DNA of 64,000 nt from Bdellovibrionota bacterium (GTDB taxonomy: Bacteria > Bdellovibrionota_C > UBA2361 > JAAYZI01): the NCBI GenBank assembly GCA_050950765.1, contig JBMNIF010000002.1:1024001-1088000 (forward strand), in the 5' to 3' direction. The position numbers and the translations under genes are program-made. The notes under the pieces are model-generated. The model was given only the letters and a program-made list of their open reading frames with translations, ran no database searches and was not told the origin of the DNA. Below are positions 1-7,591 of the stretch, piece by piece (position 1 is the first letter of the stretch; each line of letters opens with the position of its first letter).

Positions 1-2
1 AT

Positions 3-1016
3 GGAGATAGTGGAGAGGTTTATGAAGATGCTTTGAAGGCGGACCTAACACTTTGCATTCAACTTTTAAAGCGAGGAATGTTGCAATATCCAGCACGAGA
101 GTATTGCGGAGAGGTTGTAGTTGTACCCATAGGAATTGCGGCTGATGAGAGCGAGGTGGAGTATAGGTTGCTCACCACTAATAACTTATCTCATCTGCCA
201 AAACGGGTGGCGTGGGGGCATAAAAAAAACTACGGACATATCTTTGTTGTAGCTGGTTCTCGTAATATGAGTGGTGCAGGTGTGCTTGCTGCAACGGCAG
301 CTTTACGGAGTGGTGCAGGGCTTGTTACTAAAGCGCAATTAATTTCAGTCACAACTGCCGATCCGCCGGAGATAATGTTTTATTACCTTGATGATCAGAA
401 GGGTGGGATTTTCACTTCTGAGATGGCTAAGGAGATTATAGAGCAGACACAGAGGAGTGATGTTTTACTAATTGGTCCAGGTTTAGGTGAGGTTGACTCA
501 ACTAAGAGTTGTGTTCTGGAGGTGCTTAGTAAAGTGCACTCACCTGTTGTGATAGATGCTTCAGCTCTGAACTCTCTTGCGACTGCGGGGGATCTCGTTC
601 TACCGCAAGAAGCAGTTTTAACACCTCATACTGGTGAGGCAGCCCGTTTACTTGGAGTTTCTGTTGAGGATGTGCAACGTGATCGTTATGCTGCTGCAAG
701 TGAGATTAGTGAAAAGTATAAAGCGGTAACGGTCTTAAAGGGAGCGGGTACCGTTATCTATTTTGCCGGTCGTGGTTTTGTTAGTGATATTGCCAATCCG
801 TATCTAGCGACAGCGGGGAGTGGCGATGTTTTAGCGGGGGTGATAGCAGCATTTATGGGGCAGGGGGTGAGTGCGTTTGAAGCTGCTAAGCTTGCAGTAA
901 TGGTGCACGGTGTAGCGGGTGAGCGGGCGCATCTAAAAACGAGAGGCTTTATAACTGCTTCTGATATTATAGCGGCGTTATCTTTTGAAAATATAGGCTC
1001 TGAAAGTGATTGTTAA
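3..1016 (+). CDS. nnr: NAD(P)H-hydrate dehydratase/epimerase (YjeF/Nnr), 5'-truncated by window edge
   Basis: Motifs HKKNYG, GAGVLA, GPGLG, VIDASAL, LTPHTGE, LKGAGT and ATAGSGDVLAG. The frame is open back to position 3. Adjacent to tsaE. Confidence 0.92.
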   Translation, partial: GDSGEVYEDALKADLTLCIQLLKRGMLQYPAREYCGEVVVVPIGIAADESEVEYRLLTTNNLSHLPKRVAWGHKKNYGHIFVVAGSRNMSGAGVLAATAALRSGAGLVTKAQLISVTTADPPEIMFYYLDDQKGGIFTSEMAKEIIEQTQRSDVLLIGPGLGEVDSTKSCVLEVLSKVHSPVVIDASALNSLATAGDLVLPQEAVLTPHTGEAARLLGVSVEDVQRDRYAAASEISEKYKAVTVLKGAGTVIYFAGRGFVSDIANPYLATAGSGDVLAGVIAAFMGQGVSAFEAAKLAVMVHGVAGERAHLKTRGFITASDIIAALSFENIGSESDC

Positions 1017-1446
1017 TAGTGAAAAGGAGACTGCTGCCTTTGCGCAGAAAGTTTTCAGTATCTTAAAAGGTGGAGAGGCTATCGGACTGATCGGTGCTTT
1101 AGGGGCGGGGAAGACGGCATTTGTGCGTTATTTTGCACAAGCAGCTGGTGTGGCAGTTGGAGAGGTTTCGTCGCCCTCTTTTGTTTTAGGTCATGAATAT
1201 CTCGCCACGCATCTTACTATTGATCATTGGGATATTTATAGATTAATGGAAGAGCCTGATGAGTTGTGGGAACCTCCTGCCTGTAGCACCATTAGGATTA
1301 TAGAGTGGGCTGATCGTTCTCAAGATCTTTTAGAGCGTTTGGATTTAACGATCACTTTTGATTTTGTTGATCTTAAAAGTAAACCGCAAGCGAGGCAGAT
1401 CTCATTGGGGGGTAGGTTAGCGGAAAAGGTAGAATCGATTTTATAA
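1006..1446 (+). CDS. tsaE: tRNA threonylcarbamoyladenosine biosynthesis ATPase TsaE (YjeE)
   Basis: Walker A GALGAGKT, VSSPSF, HWDIYRL and IIEWAD motifs; follows nnr. Confidence 0.93.
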   Translation: MIVNSEKETAAFAQKVFSILKGGEAIGLIGALGAGKTAFVRYFAQAAGVAVGEVSSPSFVLGHEYLATHLTIDHWDIYRLMEEPDELWEPPACSTIRIIEWADRSQDLLERLDLTITFDFVDLKSKPQARQISLGGRLAEKVESIL

Positions 1447-1490
1447 GGATGATATCTTTTTTTAGCTGATACAAGATACCTTGTTAAACA

Positions 1491-1630
1491 TCTTGTTAGA
1501 TGTTGTTAAAAGAATGAGTGGCGATGGTATCGCAGTAAAACCATCCTAGGATAAACCTATTTTGGGTAGTTTTCACTCACTCATTCTTAAGAGGCTACTC
1601 GGGCAGATTCGTAGAATCATGCGGAGGGGT
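1491..1630. repeat. 3'-flank module A of cassette-like ORF, homologous to 4783-4943
   Basis: Shares TCTTGTTA-AT--TGTTAAA-G--TGAGTGG, AAAACCAT, GTAGTTT-CACTCACTCA and CTACTCGGGCAGATTCGTAG with 4783-4943. Closing stem 1510-1520/1578-1588. Confidence 0.85.
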
Positions 1631-2115
1631 TACTCGGGCTTGCCCAGATCCCTAAAATCGCCAAAAGCGCGATTCCCGTTACCGGTAGAGGCGAAGAGCT
1701 TTTCGATAGAGGCGAGGAGCGCCTCGAGCTCTTTCGCAGGAATTCTAAGGGTCTTTACCCTTCTGATACACAACTCCTTGAAATTTGACGCGCCGTTAAG
1801 AATGGCTTTAGCCAAATATTCAAGTGACACACAATCAAGTGAGACGACGCGAGCAGGGCTATCTTGAGAATTAGAATCACTGATGGTAATCATGTTCTCA
1901 GTAGCATCAAGTTGCACCACGGCTAAGAGAATGAACCTCCCTCCATGGCGGAAATAGACTCGGATAATATCCTCGCCATCCTTACCACCCTTGTCGCAAA
2001 AGACTATGTGGGAACAGTCAGTAGGAAGCCCCATGTAATCTATTGTGTCTTGGAGTAACTCTTTCACAAACTCGGCAAACGAACCAGATGAGTTTGCCTG
2101 TCCTTCTTGTTGCAT
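1630..2115 (-). CDS. hypothetical protein (cassette-like ORF1, 161 aa)
   Basis: ATG preceded by AGGAGGAG SD; flanked by the repeated modules; no family recognised. Confidence 0.75.
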   Translation of the reverse strand: MQQEGQANSSGSFAEFVKELLQDTIDYMGLPTDCSHIVFCDKGGKDGEDIIRVYFRHGGRFILLAVVQLDATENMITISDSNSQDSPARVVSLDCVSLEYLAKAILNGASNFKELCIRRVKTLRIPAKELEALLASIEKLFASTGNGNRAFGDFRDLGKPE

Positions 2116-2368
2116 TTCTAACTCCTCCTTTATAAGGGGCTAGGATGTTGAAAGCTACCTACTTAAGTTAAGTAGCTTTTTGATATGAAAGACGCTTAAC
2201 CTGACAAGGAATCATCAGGTTATTCGTACAACGCTTGGAGCGATAAGTTGCGATAGGTCTCGCAGCAATTATCGCACCATTGTGAGGAACTGCTGGCTAG
2301 CTACTGCCACCCAGCGGCAAAACTCCTCACTTATTCATAGGAACTTACTCGGGCAGATTCGTAGAATC
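2113..2368. repeat. ~255 bp structured intergenic direct repeat, copy 1
   Basis: Near-identical to 2872-3125 (about a dozen differences). Contains several hairpins and the SD/ATG of the downstream ORF. Confidence 0.95.
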
Positions 2369-2874
2369 TACGGAGTTAGATAGACAGGAGCATGATATTT
2401 TTTGGGAATATCGTTCTTAACTCTGCGGAGAAGTCCATTAAACATTTTTAGATTGTCTTTTTCGTTTCGTTCTCCGTTGGGCAACCGAGCCAAAGCAAGG
2501 CATCCTGCCAAGAGATCCACCAAATTTCTAGTAAATTCCGCATCTCCATTGCTGGAAAAGATCAATTCCTCCTCCAGTGCTACCAAGCGATTCAGATTTT
2601 CCTCAGACACGCCGAAGTTCGGATCAGATTCGCGCAAGCGCTCCAAGACATTTAGAATGTCTTTTTTAGACAGGGAGAGAAACTCTTGGGTATTCAGATT
2701 TGCTTTGAACGCAGCGATCGGCTTCCCGAATTTGTGATAATAAATGATACACCCGAAGATATTTCCTCCCAGTTTCACAACCTTGATAGTGTAATTTTTC
2801 TGCGCAGGAAAGCGCGTTCTAAGCACGTTGTACAAGCTTTCGGCAAGTTTTTTAGTGTTTTCCTGATTTTCCAT
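2368..2874 (-). CDS. hypothetical protein (cassette-like ORF2, 168 aa), paralog of 4909-5430
   Basis: AGGAG SD. Aligns with ORF4: LRTRFP/LRERFP, GKPIAAFK/GVPIAPFK, VSEENLNRL/VSESSLERL, LARL/LARW. Confidence 0.8.
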   Translation of the reverse strand: MENQENTKKLAESLYNVLRTRFPAQKNYTIKVVKLGGNIFGCIIYYHKFGKPIAAFKANLNTQEFLSLSKKDILNVLERLRESDPNFGVSEENLNRLVALEEELIFSSNGDAEFTRNLVDLLAGCLALARLPNGERNEKDNLKMFNGLLRRVKNDIPKKYHAPVYLTP

Positions 2875-3125
2875 TTCTAACTCCTTTATAAGGGGCTAGG
2901 ATGTTGAAAGCTACCTATTTAAGTACAAGTAGCTTTTTGATATGAAAGACGCTTAACCAGACAAGGAATAGTCAGGTTATTCGTACAACGCTTGGAGCGA
3001 TAAGTTGCGATAGAACTCGCAACAATTATCGCACCATTGTGAGGAACCGCTGGCTAGCTACTGCCACCCAGCGGCAAAACTCCTCACTTATTCTTAGGAA
3101 CTTACTCGGGCAGATTCGTAGAATC
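2872..3125. repeat. ~255 bp structured intergenic direct repeat, copy 2
   Basis: Near-identical to 2113-2368. Confidence 0.95.
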
Positions 3126-3582
3126 ATGCGGAGAGACGAGGATCGTCGGAAGGAGATTTTGCACCTGCAACAAATCGTTCCAGCGCTTCCTCCATGAACG
3201 GTCTTAGAATACCTTCTAATATGCGCCGAATTTCTTCTTCTTCTTCTTCTTTCGGCTTAGTTCCGTTCAGCTCGAAAGAGACTCCCTTCCCTTCTTCGGC
3301 AGAATTGGGGTAGATCAGCTTTTTTACCCGATCCACATCAAGGGTGCCAATGGGGTAAAGCTCGCCAATAGGGTATTGCTTTTCGCCAGTGTGTTTGTTT
3401 CGGGTGGCTTCATCACCGTAGGCCCAGTAGATACAAATCCTCCAGATCCCGTTTCCTTTTTTTTCCACATAGATATAAAAGTTAAAAGAACCATCGAGAT
3501 TAAGCCTACTAGCGATGGTTTTAATAACGATTTTAATGTGGTTAATAAGGAAAAAGTGGGAACCTTGTTTGAAGATATACAT
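3124..3582 (-). CDS. hypothetical protein (cassette-like ORF3, ~152 aa)
   Basis: Open frame. ATG at 3582 lies 11 nt after AGGAG and is preferred over the TTG at 3624. Weak similarity to ORF2 (YIYVEKKGNGIWRICIY vs YTIKVVKLGGNIFGCIIY). Confidence 0.7.
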   Translation of the reverse strand: MYIFKQGSHFFLINHIKIVIKTIASRLNLDGSFNFYIYVEKKGNGIWRICIYWAYGDEATRNKHTGEKQYPIGELYPIGTLDVDRVKKLIYPNSAEEGKGVSFELNGTKPKEEEEEEIRRILEGILRPFMEEALERFVAGAKSPSDDPRLSA

Positions 3583-3796
3583 TTTCTTCAAAGCTCCTGC
3601 TAAAGGAATAAAACTACTACCCAAACCGTTCTAAAAATGCTTGACGCAAAAGAGCGCAACAAGTTGCGCAAATTGCGTATTCATAACCCCGTAGGGGTTA
3701 GAATAGTGAAAACTACTCAAACCGTTTTTTCAAAGAACGCTTAGGAGATAAATCTCGACGAATCGAGATACACATCGCACACTCGTGCGACATCTT

Positions 3797-3824
3797 ATCA
3801 TAAAATAGATTCTTTTTGATCCAG
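3797..3824 (-). promoter_or_regulatory. putative sigma70 promoter for ORF3-ORF2-ORF1
   Basis: -10 TATGAT with a weak -35; the context aligns with the promoter at 5554-5581. Confidence 0.45.
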
Positions 3825-4193
3825 ATAGAGAAAGTTTTAGTTAAAGTGGTGCCACCCACCTGCAACGCTCCCTTTTTTATAAAGGTTAAGGGGGGAAATA
3901 ATAGCCTGCCGTGTTAGGTGGTGAAGGGTAAAAATTATATAGATTCAGCTATATTTAACTAGAAACAGCTATAAAAGAGGTTGAAAATAATGAGAAATTT
4001 TAAAAGGGTGACACCAGATTTATTTAAGAAAGTTCTTTCTTCTGTCGATGAAGATCTAAGGTAGAGAGGGAGGAGGCTTTAGGGTAATTTAAAAAATCTT
4101 TCTTCCGTATCTCCTTAAATATCGTGTGAGCGATCAAGGCTCACAGTTTTTGGCTTGGTTTTATTAGGTCATGAACCGTCGGAGTAAAATATA

Positions 4194-4574
4194 ATGAAAA
4201 TTGAATACCGTTTAGAGGCGCTGTCGGAGTGTCCGAGTCTTAGAATCTATGATTTTGATAACACGGAAGCACGACAATTACGGGAGCTTTTTATTCAGCT
4301 TGCCGAGGGGGAGAACGATTGGACCTCCCTGCATGAGATAGATAACATAGAGGCAGTTGATGGCTGCGTTGTTAATATGCGAGTTGGCGCTTGGGATAGG
4401 GGCGTTAAAAAATTTGATGAATCACATAAATTTGAATGGATCTTAACTGAAGAGTCGTGGAAAGATCTGGCAAAAATTGCAGAAGCCTTCTGCGAAGAAG
4501 ATTCTGAAGTAAATCAAGAATGGCTCGACAAAAGAGGTGAGGTCGCAGTCTTAATTGAAAGACATGAAAGATAG
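4194..4574 (+). CDS. acidic hypothetical protein (126 aa)
   Basis: ATG with GGAG upstream; protein-like composition (CPSLRIYDF, WDRG, EWL); function not recognised. Confidence 0.75.
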   Translation: MKIEYRLEALSECPSLRIYDFDNTEARQLRELFIQLAEGENDWTSLHEIDNIEAVDGCVVNMRVGAWDRGVKKFDESHKFEWILTEESWKDLAKIAEAFCEEDSEVNQEWLDKRGEVAVLIERHER

Positions 4575-4782
4575 ATCGTTGACAATTTAATCGTTGACAA
4601 TTTAAAAGTTTAATACGCAGTGCAAAGAGGTACAGGGGTGGTGCGCTATCCACACTGCTACGAAATCCACCCGCCACCTAGCGGTAACCCTCCTCTTAGC
4701 TAGGAGGATTGATAGAGAGGTTGGCAGAAATAATAGAGCTGATTTTTTAAAGGTGGTTTGTTCTCCCTGATCGAGATTAGGC

Positions 4783-4943
4783 TCTTGTTAAATACTGTTA
4801 AAGGCGTGAGTGGGCGTTAGAGTTGCCGTGAAAATTATCACGGTTATCGCCGGAAAACCATAAAGGAATTAACCTATCAGTAGTTTCCACTCACTCACTT
4901 CAAAGAAGCTACTCGGGCAGATTCGTAGGATCTGCGGAGGGGT
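4783..4943. repeat. 3'-flank module A' of cassette-like ORF4
   Basis: Homologous to 1491-1630. Closing stem GTGAGTGG 4806-4813 / CCACTCAC 4887-4894. Confidence 0.85.
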
Positions 4944-5430
4944 CAATTTCTTTTGGGAAAGTTACGGCATGATGTGATACCGAAGGAGGTAGTAAACCTT
5001 CTGGGGCAAACCATCTTGCCAATCTCGCCGTGGACGTTGCCAAAACGTTCCAGAGATCCAGAAGTTCTTTGTATCCATTCCAATTTTCGGGTAAGTTAAT
5101 ACATCCGTTTTGGAAAAAGAACGCTTCATTTCCCAAATCTATCAGGCGTTCCAGAGATGACTCAGAAACGTTACAATCTGGGGCATATTCAGGTAAGCGA
5201 CGCAGGAGAATTGAGATGTCTTCCCCAGTTAGAGGGAAGAGCTTTCCTTCGGGCGCTATTACCTTGAACGGAGCGATCGGCACTCCGTCCTTACGATAAA
5301 TAACAAAGGCGAACTCACCCTTCCTCAGTTTCACAATGGCGATAGCGAAAAAACTATCTGCATTGTTAGGGAAGCGTTCTCTAAGCCCTTGCTGCAAGTT
5401 ATAGTAAAGACTTGCAAGATAGGCTGCCAT
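4909..5430 (-). CDS. hypothetical protein (cassette-like ORF4, 173 aa), paralog of 2368-2874
   Basis: AAGGAG SD; aligns with ORF2; its C-terminus is encoded by the shared 19 bp motif. Confidence 0.8.
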   Translation of the reverse strand: MAAYLASLYYNLQQGLRERFPNNADSFFAIAIVKLRKGEFAFVIYRKDGVPIAPFKVIAPEGKLFPLTGEDISILLRRLPEYAPDCNVSESSLERLIDLGNEAFFFQNGCINLPENWNGYKELLDLWNVLATSTARLARWFAPEGLLPPSVSHHAVTFPKEIDPSADPTNLPE

Positions 5431-5553
5431 TTTTAACTCCTTCTACCCCGTGTAGGGGGCTAGGGTGGCGAAAACTAAAACTACATTTTTAAAGATCGGT
5501 CGGCTAATAAGCCACGATAACGCGGTAACAATTGCCGCCCACTCGCGTAGTCT

Positions 5554-5581
5554 ATCGTAAAATAAATCCATTTTGAGTCAA
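5554..5581 (-). promoter_or_regulatory. putative sigma70 promoter for ORF4
   Basis: TTGACT-N16-TACGAT on the minus strand. Confidence 0.55.
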
Positions 5582-5621
5582 GCAAATCCATCCGCCACCC
5601 CTTTTTAATAAAAAAAAGAGC

Positions 5622-5781
5622 GTTTATTCCTCCGTCTTGTGAAAAGTGTAAGAGAGCACTACTAGGTCTGCAAAACGGTGTATATTCCGAAGTTTTAGGG
5701 GGTTTATTCCTCCGTCTTGAGAAAAGTGTAAGAGAGCACTACTAGGTCTGCAAAACGGTGTATATTCCGAAGTTTTAGGGG
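5622..5781. repeat. 80 bp tandem duplication of the 3' end of the RibD-C gene
   Basis: 5622-5701 equals 5702-5781 with one mismatch. Confidence 0.95.
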
Positions 5782-6423
5782 GTTACCTTTATGGCAGCAG
5801 ATCTCGTGAGTGTTAATTAGGCGCGGTGCTGATAGATCTCCGACCATAAACGGCGCAATAGCGAGACGTAGTTCATCTACAAGGTCGTTTTTTAAAAAAA
5901 GAGAGTTGATCTGCGTGCCACCTTCAATAAGTAGCCTTGAAACGCCGAGACTTTTTAAGTCAAGAGAGATCCATAAAGGCGCAGCCGCCTCTCCTGGATA
6001 ACCTCTAATAAGAGCGCAACTACCGAAAGTTCTTTCTATATCTGATACCTTCTTAGCTGGACAGTAAAGGAGGTTGTGCTCTCGTTCACCTTCAAAGAAA
6101 TGAAGTTTTGTCGAGAGCTCCCCCGAGGTTGTAATCGTTACTCGTAAAGGATGGGCAGGCTGTTTTTTTGAGAGTCTGTCTTCTATTAGAGTAGTTGATC
6201 TGATCCTTAAAAATGGGTTATCGGCGCGTAATGTGCCTGCACCGACAAGGATAGCGTCGGAGGCGGCACGTAAGGCATCAACTTCTGCCATGTCTGCCTC
6301 GTTTGAGAGGATTAAACGTTTGTCTGAAGTGTCATCAATACAACCATCAAGTGAAGTTGCAGTGCTAATAACGGTGTAAGGACGGTTTGTATCTTGTTGC
6401 ACAGTGTTATATCCAGTCTCCAT
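5704..6423 (-). CDS. RibD C-terminal domain (pyrimidine reductase/DHFR-like) protein
   Basis: ATSLDG, DAILVGAGTLRADNP, LLIEGG and LVDELRLAIAP motifs. Confidence 0.85.
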   Translation of the reverse strand: METGYNTVQQDTNRPYTVISTATSLDGCIDDTSDKRLILSNEADMAEVDALRAASDAILVGAGTLRADNPFLRIRSTTLIEDRLSKKQPAHPLRVTITTSGELSTKLHFFEGEREHNLLYCPAKKVSDIERTFGSCALIRGYPGEAAAPLWISLDLKSLGVSRLLIEGGTQINSLFLKNDLVDELRLAIAPFMVGDLSAPRLINTHEICCHKGNPLKLRNIHRFADLVVLSYTFLKTEE

Positions 6424-6624
6424 AAATCAATCATCTCTTATGTAATAACAACAAAGGGATTGTCAAACCGTAAATGTATTAAAATATCACCCTAGCTGTT
6501 AATATAATTTATCAACACGCTCTATCGTGTTGCTCAGTTAAAGAGGTGTTGTGTGCGAACTCAAGAAAAAGAGTATAACACCTCTTACGTGCAAGATATA
6601 TTTATGATCGATAAAAAATACTAA

Positions 6625-7086
6625 ATGAAAGATGACTCTGATTTTCTCAAATTAGCTTTACAGGAGGCTCAAAAATCCCCTCAAGGTGTTTATTATGCGG
6701 TAGGTTGTCTGATCGTTTCAGCAGATGGGAAACTTATCTCAACAGGATATACAGGAGAGAGGTTTTATTCAGATACAGCGTGGCACGCTGAAGAAACCGC
6801 TATCAAAAAAGCGCAAGAGCAGGAGATCGCCCTTAAGGGATCAACCCTATATTCAACAATGGAGCCGTGCTCTGAGAGAAGGTCGGGGCATACCCCGTGC
6901 ACAGAGTTGATAATCAAAGCTGGTATAAAAAAGGTCGTTTTCGCTCTCTATGAGCCGTTTGATGACTCTTTGGGGATACGGTGTTGCGGAGAAAAAGTGC
7001 TGCAATCTGCAGGGGTTGAGGTGGTTTTCTTAGAGAAATTAAGCGATTTATGCCTTCATTCTATTAAGCGGTGTCGGAGAAATTAA
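6625..7086 (+). CDS. zinc-dependent deaminase (cytidine/dCMP/RibD-deaminase superfamily)
   Basis: AVGCLIV, HAE and TMEPCSERRSGHTPC zinc-binding motifs. Confidence 0.85.
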   Translation: MKDDSDFLKLALQEAQKSPQGVYYAVGCLIVSADGKLISTGYTGERFYSDTAWHAEETAIKKAQEQEIALKGSTLYSTMEPCSERRSGHTPCTELIIKAGIKKVVFALYEPFDDSLGIRCCGEKVLQSAGVEVVFLEKLSDLCLHSIKRCRRN

Positions 7087-7252
7087 GTGGCTACCCCCCC
7101 CCACCTAGAACACCATTTTTAATATAAACGGTGCTAAAGTGAGATTTTAGCTCCAAAATATAAAAAAAATCACATTATGGTCGACATTATCTGTGTTAGG
7201 ACATCAGGTGTTAGTGTTTTTGTGTGTGGTAATACTTGAGGTAGGTAGTAAC

Positions 7253-7591
7253 ATGGATAGTGATGTATATGCAGGTAATGCGCTAATAGATTCCGTTAAG
7301 ATATCAGATGAAGATGCTGCTCGTTATCAAAGTCTATTGGCATCATACGATGAGTGCCTCGAAAGGGAAGCTCAGGAACGCGCCAGAATGGCAAAATTAC
7401 GAGAAGATAATGTAAAACACCTTACAAAAGAGTACGGCTTGCTCTTAAGTATCGATCTTAATACCGCCTATGGCAGGAAATGGTTTGAAAAAACAGTTAA
7501 GTTTTATAGCGCAAGTGATATTCTAAGTGAACGTTTTGAAGCGATAGTTGCACGCTCACGGGTGATAATGGAGTCTGAAGATCACCCCTAA
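7253..7591 (+). CDS. hypothetical protein (~112 aa, helical)
   Basis: ATG at 7253 after GAGGTAGG; no family recognised. Confidence 0.6.
   Translation: MDSDVYAGNALIDSVKISDEDAARYQSLLASYDECLEREAQERARMAKLREDNVKHLTKEYGLLLSIDLNTAYGRKWFEKTVKFYSASDILSERFEAIVARSRVIMESEDHP

Noticed and set aside
2113..3125. Classical integron attC sites
   Set aside because: No RYYYAAC...GTTRRRY pair bounding a single imperfect palindrome after the stop codons, and no adjacent intI.
4575..4604. 15 bp tandem repeat ATCGTTGACAATTTA as a double -35 promoter
   Set aside because: No convincing -10 at the right spacing; probably a slippage duplication.
1562..5299. Plus-strand ORFs 1562-1867, 2402-2737, 2686-2880, 3376-3603 and 5030-5299
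   Set aside because: Antisense shadows of minus-strand ORFs that have SD sequences and mutual homology.
5622..5781. DGR template/variable repeat pair
   Set aside because: Only one mismatch, though at an A in the non-coding copy, and no reverse transcriptase in the window.
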